NCBI GenBank assembly: GCA_011109175.1
Contig: RDEW01000018.1
Span: forward strand, 1,041,222 to 1,105,221
Origin: Dicyema japonicum
Lineage: Eukaryota; Animalia; Dicyemida
DNA length: 64,000 nucleotides
Direction: 5' to 3'
The notes beneath the pieces were generated by a model, which saw only the letters and a list, made by a program, of their open reading frames with translations, had not been told where the DNA came from and made no database searches. Positions 1-10,399 of the stretch are shown one piece after another (within the stretch, counting starts at the first letter, position 1; every line of letters starts with the position of its first letter). Both the position numbers and the translations under genes were made by a program.

Positions 1-1026
1 CGGGAGGTTATAACCAGAAATATTTTGTCTTGCACAATACTTCTTTAGAGACCAGTAGGTTGATCTAAGGCGTTGGACGTATGATAACGAAGCCAGTGTA
101 CAGGTCTGTCATCAGATGAAGATGAGGGAATATATCCATAAGACGTTGACATTTTTGGGGGAGCCACTTTCTAGTTAAATATGCAGTCCTCGACGAACTG
201 ATTCCAGTTCCTAGGTTCATAGTGAGACACATCTTTTTCAAACACCACGTGCATTTTTATCCACCATTGTGGGGGTACTCCAACAGAGAAAGCTAGGAAC
301 TGGGAGGTCTCTTTGGATAGGTGGATCACATGACGCCTCTAGGAATTATCTATGTTTTGTCCACACATACGGCCCTTGAAAACAACAAAATATTTGGTCA
401 CGGACCTCATGAGATCATCGCTTCAGAAATGCAGTTCCCGATGACCGTCAGAGAGAGAATCGCGTGGTCCCTGGTTGAAGTAAAGTTCGAGATCTTTTTG
501 CTTCCCACTGACACTAGGATTCGACTTGAAAGTAAAGGATCTTTGTGTTTACCTGTCTTGACGTGTTCCCAACTCCTCGCCAGTTTTCTACATGTTAGCG
601 AAGCTGAGGTGAACAATCCAATTTCTCCCAGGTTTAGGTAGAACCAGACTCAAACTCGGAACGTCAGGAGTTTTTTAGTTCCAGAAACTATCTGAATCCG
701 TCATTTATTTAAGTAAGAAAAGGCATGAATCGATAAAAACATTGTGGCATATATCAATAAGCCATATTTGAGGCGATTACAAACCAGCACAAAATATCTG
801 CAATGCTTCATTAATAAAGAGAGCCCTCGTTTTCTTCTTTATGAGCATAAGTGACTCAGAAAACATGTAATAATAACAACAGAACGTATAAATATATATC
901 TCAGCGGAAGTCAAACAATTTTGTCAAAGCCTAGCAACTTGTGATAGCCAATAATTTTAAACTACGGAAAGTCTACCACACGAATCCCTTAAAATCTCCC
1001 ATGCTAAACAAAAGGATACAAAAGCC

Positions 1027-1275
1027 GCACATATTAACGGCTAACAAGATCCCATCTATACTGCTTAAAGCAAAGTCACCAAGTAAATTCCCGACCAGGA
1101 AACCACCCATTAACAATTTCCCATTAAAACCACAAAAACAGCCAAATAGNCACACATATTGACGGCTAACAAGATCCCATCTATACTGCTTAAAACAAAG
1201 TCACCAAGTAAATTCCCAACCAGGAAACCACCCATTAACAATTTCCTATTAAAACCACAAAAACAGCCAAATAGA
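1027..1275. repeat. ~123-bp near-identical tandem duplication joined by a single N (probable unmerged allelic contig overlap)
   Basis: 1027-1149 recurs at ~1151-1275 with a few SNPs. The same pattern occurs at N4064 and N19358. Confidence 0.8.
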
Positions 1276-1351
1276 GAGAACTAATGGAAATCGACAAAAA
1301 CAAATTAATATTGATAATCCTAATCCCAACTAAAGTAAATAAATAGTCAGT

Positions 1352-2840
1352 CTATTCATAATATCCCATATCCTTCTCAAACTTCTTAGTCTTCTCGATG
1401 TGCATTTCAATGTCATACGGAGATTTCATTATCTTCTCAAACAGCCCAAGAATGTATTCACTCGTCTCCCCAAAATGAGTCTGGGGGTCGTTATTCATAG
1501 TAATATAAAGATTCTCAGGCACCAGCTCCTTCACTGGCTCATAAATATCCGATGTAAATTTAAAACTAGGTTAAAAAAACACAAACTTATCCAAAGTATT
1601 CCCAAAAAGTTCCAAAATTGGTTCCAACTCAGCCTCTGGGTTCTCAGTCTCCACCTTCGTGGATGCTATGGCCAGGAAATAGCCAGGTGGAGCCACCATG
1701 GCTTGCTGGCTCAGAAGTAGTCCATAAATATCTAAATTTCCCACAAAAACTACCATTGACCCTGTTGACACGTGCTCCAGGAATGATTATCTGGGCAGAA
1801 GAACAGGAAGAGATGGCCCTCAGGGGATGGTCAAGTATACAGATACAGCGAACAATCTTTCCAGTGACTTTGCACATACTGGTGGCATAGGAGGGATCAC
1901 ATATCACCATGGGACTGGGAACGAACTCTCCGTTCTTGATTTTGACCCCTACCACCTTCCCAGGCCCGTCCCCTGTCTTTTCCACGACAATCTCCACTTC
2001 AGGAACAGAAAGCATGAAGGTTCCCCCAAAAACCGCACTAAGTCGGGCAAACGCCTGAGTTATGCTGCTGAGTCCGTACATGGGGAAGTAAAAAGGAGAT
2101 GTGTTGTCCCCTATGGACTCGGCGTACACGTTTATCCGTTTGGAAATCTCCGCAACGGACAGAAACTTCCTGGAAGTCAGAAAAGGGGGAACCGGTCATT
2201 AGGACACAAGGCAAGAGCGTGAGTGACCATAGTCTGCATTTCCGGACTCAGATCGAACTTCGTGTAGACTTCCTGGATCGGTTTTTTGACCAAGGCGGGG
2301 TCATCGGGCTTCAAGGAGTTCATATATCCGTGAAACTTCCGTAAACGATTCAATTCCAAGGCTTTTGATAGTTCTAAAGTTGGATTTTAAGCCTACTGAA
2401 AGTTTTCAGTTCTTTGAGGCACTCACTGTTGGTGGCAGGAACCTTCCACAAGTTTCCCTTGTCGTAGACGTAGGAACCGCTGATGGGGTGGAATGTGATG
2501 TATCGGTAAGCTCCTGTGGATTTAAATAGGTCTGATAGTAGTCCTGGAATAATGGGAAGGACTACCGCCCGATAGCATCACCTTGGGGATGAGATCCACG
2601 TTCCAGTCCTTGTCAGCACCGTAGCAATTTGAAGGGTGGTCTGAAGAGTTGCAGTAAGTGAAAAATTGGGAAAGTGGACTCAGCGAGGCGCATTCGCTCC
2701 CGTAATAGTCGTTCCGATCAACTTGGAAAACTTTCTTCTCCTCGACTGAGAGCATGCCACTGATTACACATTCCTTCAGTGAGAGAACTGCTTACGATTA
2801 TCCCAGTGCCGAGAATCGTCACGTCAAAATCCTGATCCAT
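1352..2840 (-). CDS. GDI: Rab GDP dissociation inhibitor, 7 exons
   Basis: Spliced translation MDQDFDVTILGTGII|ECVISGMLSVEEKKVFQVDRNDYYGSECASL...WNVDLIPK...SPFYFPMYGLSSITQAFARLSAVFGGTFML...VETENPEAEL matches Rab GDI motifs. Six GT-AG introns of 21-23 nt (e.g. 2774-2795) restore one frame. Confidence 0.96.
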
Positions 2841-3154
2841 TATTACAACAATTAACTAATTATTTTTATTTATTTAAATTTGATTAAATAATAATTATTT
2901 TTGCTGAAATAATAAATTTTAATATTTTGTGTTGACTATTTTTTCATTTTTTATAATAAAACCAAATTAATTAGTTAGATGTAACCGTGGTCTGGTATTA
3001 TTAAATTAATAAGTTTCCCCTGATCGGCACTTCCTGGAAGTCCGAGAATGCGAAGACTGCTGAGGGAAGTCGTCATCACCTAATTTTTTCATTCTGGTTA
3101 TGACGGTTTTTTTCTGGTTCAATCAAATTAATTTAAATTAATAATTAAATGAAC

Positions 3155-3308
3155 GTAGAAGCCTTGACTGCATGGCTATTCCCCCTAAAAATTGCGAGCA
3201 AAACTCGCTCGATAGCCAACAGCGCTCGCGAAGATCGTCGAAACTTCCAGAAATCAGATTCCAAAGTCGACCCTGAAATTCCCATGTCGAGGGTCCCATG
3301 GTATTGCT
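3155..3308 (-). ncRNA. candidate Sm-class snRNA with U1-like fold
   Basis: GC-richer island between AT-rich flanks. Four-way junction AUGG/CUAU + GACCCU/AGGGUC + GACUU/AAGUU + UCGACG/UGUUGG, then Sm-like AAUUUUUAG (3185-3193) and a terminal hairpin. Canonical U1 loops are not clearly present. Confidence 0.35.
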
Positions 3309-3555
3309 TAGTGTTAATTTTATTTTTATATTTTATATTGATTTTTTTGTGAATTAATAATTTAATTAAATAATTGACTTAATTACGTTTTATTAATTTC
3401 TGACGTTAATGTGGTATGACGATAAGAATTGGTTGAAATTTACTCTCATCTGATAAATTCGCCCCAATTGATCCTCGGGATTCTCAGTCTCCGCCTTTGA
3501 GATAAATTGCCCTAGAAAGCTGACCTTGTGAGGCTCTGTCAGCTCGGTGACTTAT

Positions 3556-5463
3556 AACAACAACAACAACGATTTATTGACAAAAGAGTTAAGGAGATTT
3601 CTGAAAGGTATTACATCTGAGTTTTACCATAAGGCTTGGACTCCACACCTGGACCTTTCCTCCTCCTTTTTTTTAATTATTAATTTTTTTCGGAACGTTT
3701 CTCCCAGCTTTTTAATCTTTATTCTCCCAGCTTTATATATGTGTCCTGGACCTTTGATCTCCTCCTGAAACCATTGATCCGATCCTCCACAATCTTGCTA
3801 ATCGGTTCCAGGAGCTTGTTTTCGTCCTCGTTTAGACAGTCTTTCAGTTTCTTGTTTAAGGAGAGCTTAATTGCAGCTCTTCTAGTCTTCTCTAAGAGGG
3901 ATAAGATCTTGTCCCTCTTCGGAGAGAAGAACCACCCCTCGCACCCATAAAGTAAGCTAGGGAGAATAACTCCCTTGAAGATAAACAGATAAGTGTCACT
4001 GCTAACGTGTAACTTCCGTGTACATAGGAGCGACTGAAAGGCTCTCTTTCTCCTCCCCTTTATNATAAAGTAAGCTAGGGGGAATAACTCCCTTGAAGAT
4101 AAACAGATAAGTGTCACTGCTAACGTGTAACTTCCGTGTACATAGGAGCGACTGAAAGGCTCTCTTTCTCCTCCCCTTTATGTCGTCCATGTAATCTCCT
4201 GCGTGTCCTTAGTCGACCCCCATGTAACGCAGACTGTGTGCATTGTTTACTCCCAGTGTGTATTCTTGTTTCAGGTGCTTTTTCACATTGCTTATTCAGA
4301 GTGCGCAAGATTTTTCAGCAGAGAGCTTTAGCCCTCTCAAGTTGCACCAATGCTCAATCTGGTCGACATACTCCCGGATTCTTCCTTCAGATATAGAAGA
4401 TTTTAGAAATGTGTCCACCAAGATTACGTCATCCGCATAAATTAGGAGACTAGTCTTAATATTCCTCGGACGTGGAAAACTCGCCATAAATATATTAAAC
4501 AAAATAGGGCTCAATACTGAACCTTGAGGTACTCCTCTTTTGAATGATATTGCATCAGATATATCCACACACCTTCACAAAAAATTGTCTTTCCTGAAAA
4601 TAATTTCTTAGCCAAACAAATAGGTATCTTGGAACACATGCTGATACAAGCTGCTTTAACAACGCTTCATGGCATACACTGTCGAATGCTTTCGAGACAT
4701 CAAGACATAATAAGTTTATTTGTCTCTTGGAATCCTTTGCTTTCATGATTTCAGAATTCAGTAAAAAGAAACTGTCTGCAAGCCTCTTCCGGGACGAAAA
4801 CCCCAATGCTCCGGAATCAGAAGTCGTTTTATTCTATATGTCTGCTTAGCCTTTTGAAAATGATACGTTCAATCACTTTCGCGAAAGAACATATTAAGCT
4901 AATTGGTCTGTAGCTTGCCGGATCTCTCTTTGGCTTCCCTGGTTTTGGAATCATCCTCACGACAGCTTTCTTCCATATTAAAGGCAAGTGGCCAAGTCGT
5001 AAACACCCATCATAAAGACATCGCAGATAGTCAAACAAAATATCCGGACCCTCTTTGATAAGTTTCATTGATATGTGGTCATATCCTGAAGCATTGACCT
5101 TGCATTCCCTGATAGCTGTCATCACTTCAAAGATGCTGACAGTGCTATCAGCAATAGGTAGTTCCTCGCCGGAGTGTTTAAATACATCGGCAGACAACTT
5201 CTTTTTGTCATCAGGGATCAAACTCCACGGATCCACACCCTGAATTTTTTGGAGTTGATCCCTGAATATCGAAGGTGTTTTCTCCGTTATGCATACTCCC
5301 CCGTCTGGTTTATCCAATATAATTTTTTCTGCACCCGACTTCGGACACATTATCTTCTGATAGCATTTCCAAAAAGAGGGATTCTTCATATCAATTTTTG
5401 CAGCCTCAGCCCTCCATATACGGTCAGTCTCCTCCTTCCATATATTGCTGATTGCTTCCTTCA
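3556..5463 (-). mobile_element. 5'-truncated non-LTR retrotransposon (Jockey/I-like RT) with TSD and (GTT)n tail
   Basis: RT motifs YRPISL, LDVSKAFDSV, GVPQGSVLSP, YADD. The 3' end has AATAAA then (GTT)5. 17-bp direct repeat TCAGCTCGGTGACTTAT at 3539-3555 and 5464-5480. Confidence 0.93.
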
Positions 5464-5517
5464 TCAGCTCGGTGACTTATGACGGTCAATGCGCTTATAA
5501 CGTAAAGGATTGGTTAN

Positions 5518-5618
5518 GGTCATCATTTATTGGAATTGGGTCATCATTTATTGGAATTGGGTCAACATTTATGGGAATTGGGTCAACATTTATGGGAATT
5601 GGGTCAACATTTATGGGA
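5518..5618. repeat. 21-bp minisatellite, ~5 copies
   Basis: GGTCA(T/A)CATTTAT(T/G)GGAATTG units; minus strand reads PIPINVD/PIPINDD. Confidence 0.9.
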
Positions 5619-6479
5619 TAGAGTGTATATGCCTTTATCGACAAGTCATGAACGCTTTCTAGAATTTTTGTAGGATTAGGGATACCGTTATGGTCACTTT
5701 CATGGAAACCCTAAGAAATGATGTCTGTGCTTCTTCTCAACTTTAGTGGGTTTAAGTAATTCCTTAGACGTGATTCCAAGCTCACTGATCTTAATCTTGT
5801 CCTACGAGAATATTAGGTTTTTGTATTGAACGTAATCCTCTGGCATCAATGTGATGTCACCTCGAATTTCGACCCCCTGAGTAGTGATAACCGAGATACT
5901 TCACATTCCACCCCATTAGCGGTTTTTATGTCTACGACAACGGAAACCAGTGGAAGGTCCCTGCCATAACAAGAAGTGCGAAAAAAACTAAAAAAATTCA
6001 CTAGGCTTTAAATCTCATCCTTGGAGTTGCCAAGAGCTTCCGAATCGAACCCTCAACAGCAAAAGATGAGCATTGCTTCATGTTGTACACTCGCAAGGAA
6101 AATAGGTGGTTTTCGTATTTGTAAAGGTTTTCTGCAAAGTCTTGCTTTCGGATCCTTCTTCGTGTGTCTGTCCTCATAAGAATTCTGAATGCAGAACGGG
6201 AATTTCAATTGTATTCCAAAATAAAAAAGATCTTTTAAACATGAATCCGTGTATACCACGTGGGATTGATGATTATTCAATGTTAGAAAAGATCAAAAAT
6301 AAGTTTCTAAAATAGAAATAATATTTTGGAGTCAAATCCGGGTAAAATGCTGGTCCCCTAATTAAAAGAGGTCGAAAGTTGGCGAACAATAAAAAACTCT
6401 AGGCGGATACTTTATAACCTCTCGTCCCCCTTCTTAATAGATTCGGGAGACATAGTTTTGAAATCCGAACCATTGAATG

Positions 6480-7200
6480 CTCCAATATCTGGTCGACTCT
6501 TGTATGACCCAAATTATTTTTGAACCAGAAAACCACCGTCATATCCAAAATGAACAAAATTTAGGTGATTCCAGCTTCAGGTGATCCCAGCCTCCCTCAA
6601 TTGTCTCCTCATCTTTTCTCGGTGTTCCGACTGCGTTCTTGTGCATTTCCGATCTGCGTACTCGAGTCCTTCGCAGGGGCACTGTTCCAGTCGCCTTTAT
6701 CATATTTTCTAGGTTTCTAGGCAGGATTTCTACATGGGAATATTTCCTTAGTAGGTTTGCTGCCTTTACTTGAATGTTGCATATCTTGTCCAAATTTGTT
6801 GCAGAAAGGTTAGATCCCCAGATATTGCATGCTTATCCTATTGTAGCCTCGATGAACTGTTTGTATATGACATCCAGACCACTCAGATCTTTTTTGTCTC
6901 TTAGGTTTCCCAAGAACGCCTTCAGGAAGTTGATTTTCCTCGTACAAGTCAATAACATATTTTCGACATGTTTTGTAAAGGTTAAGTGTCAAAGGTAACT
7001 CCCAGGATTTTCTGGTATATTCTTCCCATCCAGTGTGACGCCAATTGATACTTTCCCTAGTTTTCTGTTTGTCGTGAATAGGGTCACACAGATTTTCCCA
7101 AAGCCATAAACTTAATTTGTTCAGATTGTCGTCCTGTATTCTTCTCGTTGCTTCCAGGAGGTACATAAACAATTCTGTTTTGTGGAGGAAAAGAAATTAA
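6480..7200 (-). mobile_element. degraded LINE RT C-terminal fragment
   Basis: Frameshifted KILGVTFDT-LTFTKHVEN-like segment, related to elements at 33.5-34.7 kb and 62-63 kb. Confidence 0.6.
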
Positions 7201-7709
7201 TTAAATGACTAATTTTAAATTCCCCGTTGTTAGTTTTGTCTCTTAGGTTTCCCAAGAACGCCTTCAGGAAGTTGATTAACTTCTTAATCTTGTCTCATTA
7301 GATCGGCGAACTCAAAGGGATGATTCAACGTGAAAATATTTTATTGGTTATGACCCTGGTGGATTCTGTCCAAGTACTCAGAATTATATGGGTGATTCAA
7401 AGGGGAAAACATAGACTCAGTCCCATTGAAGAAAACTGAAGAATTCACTTCGGGTTCTAATCAACTTGGGTTACTGGTATTGATCATTGTGCGGACATTG
7501 GATACAGAACGAGGAAAAGTGATTGATTCTGAGAGGAAGGATAAATATCAACTGGATCGCTCTAATAAGTAAGAACGATTTTCAAAATAATTTCAGGACT
7601 TTCACGAGAACCATAATCCTTATAGATCGACACGTGCAAGAAACACACTATATAAGAGTACCAAACAGTTATGAAGGGAGCCGAGGCATTTTCTCAACTT
7701 CTTTCGTTT

Positions 7710-7888
7710 AGTTACGTGTGAGTCCCTGTGGACAATCTGAATCTGCAGTGAGGTATCAATGATGACGATGTCACTTGTCAAACCAAAAACCATAGATGAT
7801 GCGTAGAGCCTTTAATTTGAATGAACAGCAGCGAGATTCGGACCGGAAGTATCTGAATTTTGCCCAGTACTTATGATACTCGCCCAGA
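7710..7888 (-). mobile_element. tRNA-derived SINE (family A), diverged copy
   Basis: Reverse complement contains CGAATCTCGCTGCTGTTCA and the core TTTGACAAGTGACATCGTCATC...GGACTCACAC shared with 26876 and 47826. Confidence 0.75.
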
Positions 7889-8029
7889 AGAATTATTTTT
7901 AAATCCCGCCAATTTATTTTTTGAGTAGCCATAAATTAAAAAATTTATTATTAAATTATTTTATTAAATATAAAAAGCAATATCTATGTTTTAAATTTAT
8001 CAAACATTAATTGGCCTGCTGCCATCGCA

Positions 8030-9431
8030 ATGTCTAACAAGTACAAATGTGTCTTATATGACAGACAGAATTATACTGAAAATACAAAGAAAACTGAGGA
8101 CGCTATTTCCATGAGGGAGAAGATTGCCAGAGACAACCACACAGAAATTGAGCGCAAACGCCGCAGCAAAATGGCCGGCTATTATCAGGAAATGGCTGAG
8201 CACGTGCCTGCTTGTCGTTCCCAAAACAGAAAACCGGACAAACTGACCATAATGAAGCTGGCAATCGAGCACATCACAGAAATGGGTTCTTGCATTGTTT
8301 ATGTCCCAGGCAATGAGGGAGGAAGAGATTCGTTTCTTACGGACGAAGAACTCCAGCATATCATAGCTCAGGTGGTTGACGGGTTCCTCATCACCATACA
8401 ATTGGACTCAACTGTGGTGACTTACGTGTCTCCCACGTGTTTCGATATCCTGGGGATTCCCGCGGTTTTTTGTCTCAAAAATCCTAGAATGACATCTTTT
8501 CCTCTTCTTTATTGAACATTGTCCATCCAGAAGACGTATTAAAGGTCAAGGAATATCTCTCCTCCCAAATTCCGCAAAGGCGGGCTGTCGATTTGAGATG
8601 TATTTGTCTTAATTACTCACAGCCGGCACTCTGAGACGGGACACACGAGGGGATTCCTTGGTGAACTCACGGAGGATGATGATTTGTCGTATCCGCTGCT
8701 ATAATGATCAGGAACATTACTGTGTGGTTCATATCACTGGAGTTGTCACTCCGACGGAGGAAGGGTTGGCTATCGCTTGCCTGGTGAGACGATTCGAACC
8801 AATCGAGGACGATCCTCAGGCTATGAGCACAAAGTACGACTCTTCGGGGATAATTACCTTCGTTGATGCTAAAATGAGCGAATTACTGGGCTACAGACCT
8901 CAGATGATGCTTGGAAAGTCGATCATAGATTTCTGCCACCCCGAGGACAGAATCAGACTCAAAATGTCCCTCGATCAAGCCATCGAACTAAGAGGTCCGC
9001 CTGCTTCTGTCGATTGTCGTCTGTTGGCTATGGATAACACGTGTGTCTTATTTAAAATGCGACACTCTGCCTTCGTTAACCCCCACACGGCCAATTTTGA
9101 GTTCCTCGTTGGCTGCAACTACACCTATGAATGTCCCAGGTTGTATTGTGAATATATTCTTGATTTTCTGACTCCACCTTTGACTTTTATGCCCATTCCT
9201 TTGGGTACGCCATTGACCCCTCCTTATATTATCCCCCGGAATCTCAATATTACCAGACTTTTAAGGTTTGTGGTTATTGCCATTTAGAACGATCCCCCTT
9301 ATTCTCAATACGGTGCTATCCCTCCTTCAGCTACAGCCTATGACCCATCTGTTCAGGGTCATCACTGCTGGGGAGGCTTCAACGAACCACCTAAAGAACA
9401 GCATTATAGCTTTAATAAACATTACGAATAA
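8030..9431 (+). CDS. ARNT: ARNT/tango-like class II bHLH-PAS transcription factor
   Basis: ARDNHTEIERKRRSKM...RKPDKLTIMKLAIEH (bHLH), SFLTDEELQHII...DGFL (PAS-A), LNIVHPED, and PAS-B LGYRPQMMLGKSIIDFCHPED...FVNPHT. Introns at 8465-8487, 8600-8622 and others. The C-terminal frame depends on a non-canonical intron (see findings). Confidence 0.93.
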
Positions 9432-10399
9432 ATTCGACTTAGTTTTTGAGCTTATTGGAAGGTGAGATAAGCTACTTTATCAAGGCCTCATATTACCGCC
9501 TAAGCGTATCTTAGCGACCACTTAGGGTACCTATGCTTTGAAGATTGATTTTCTTGTCTGAATGTGTCGATAATTTAAGCACCAATTAGACTGGTTTTTA
9601 TCATAAACCTCATTTATGCTATTTTTTTCTATTCTGTGTTATAGCCAAACTTATCGGGGGCCTTTAGCTATTCGAGCGGATTTCCTTACCATCCGAGAGA
9701 ATAGCTACGCAGTCAGGGCTGCGGTTCTCTCACTCCAATTATTTGTTTATGTAATGCAAAAGAGGGCTTTCTGAGTAACAAAGCGTTAGATTTGTGGAGA
9801 TCACCCAACCGATGACTACACTCCAGATTACGGGAATGCCACCCCGAAAAATCAGTCAGTCGTCCTGTACGTTCATGCGCGGGCAAGAGGGAAAACACCG
9901 TACAAGATGAGGTCGCTGTTGGAATATATCGGGATCACGTCATAATTAGTCTGGTTTTGCCTTGGTCTTGGGTTGTTAAATAAATAAAATAAATCATAAT
10001 CAGCAAATAATTCATACCAGACTTTTTAGCAGAATATACAGATTTATTATCTTATTTTCTATGCGAATGCTATTTTAAATGTACTTAACTGTAAAAATCA
10101 ATATCTCCAATTGCGCCTAAATTGAATATAATTTCAAATTTTTAACAATGAGAAGGCATTTGTTTGTGTCTATTTAAAGTGTCTTTTGTGTAATAAATGT
10201 CAATCAAATTCCAATGACCGGTTTGTAAATTTTGAAAAACAAACTCTATTTTGACGTGGTAAAAATAAATAAAATTGGAAATTCTTAATATTTAAAATTA
10301 AGTAAAACGGTAGTTGTAATGGAGCTTTAATTATTAAACTAATCATTTTTTTGTGGTTAACCTAATATTCAATACAATGTGTGTAATTTAAATTGAACA

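Larger units (their letters stand above)
3393..5980 (-). pseudogene. orphan multi-exon gene interrupted by a LINE insertion; 5' end unresolved
   Basis: GT-AG introns of 23-31 nt join ...RDLPLVSVVVDIKTANGVECE|GVEIRGDITLMPEDY|DKIKISELG...|GFHESDHN|ESVHDLSIKAYTLY(PINVDPI)n...NPL|LTELTEPHKVSFLGQFISKAETENPEDQLGRIYQMRVNFNQFLSSYHINVRN*. The stop at 3393-3395 overlaps AATAAA. The model requires removing the LINE and treating N5518 as zero-length. Confidence 0.45.

Noticed and set aside
1-705. ORFs at the window start
   Set aside because: No consistent spliced frame or recognisable motif could be built
3149-3352. Plus-strand 67-aa ORF with hydrophobic C-terminus, loosely like SERP1/RAMP4
   Set aside because: The TM part is encoded by near-pure AT sequence and the similarity is weak. 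It is kept only as the alternative to the snRNA hypothesis.
5518-5618. CRISPR-like array
   Set aside because: No spacers; plain tandem repeat in eukaryotic DNA
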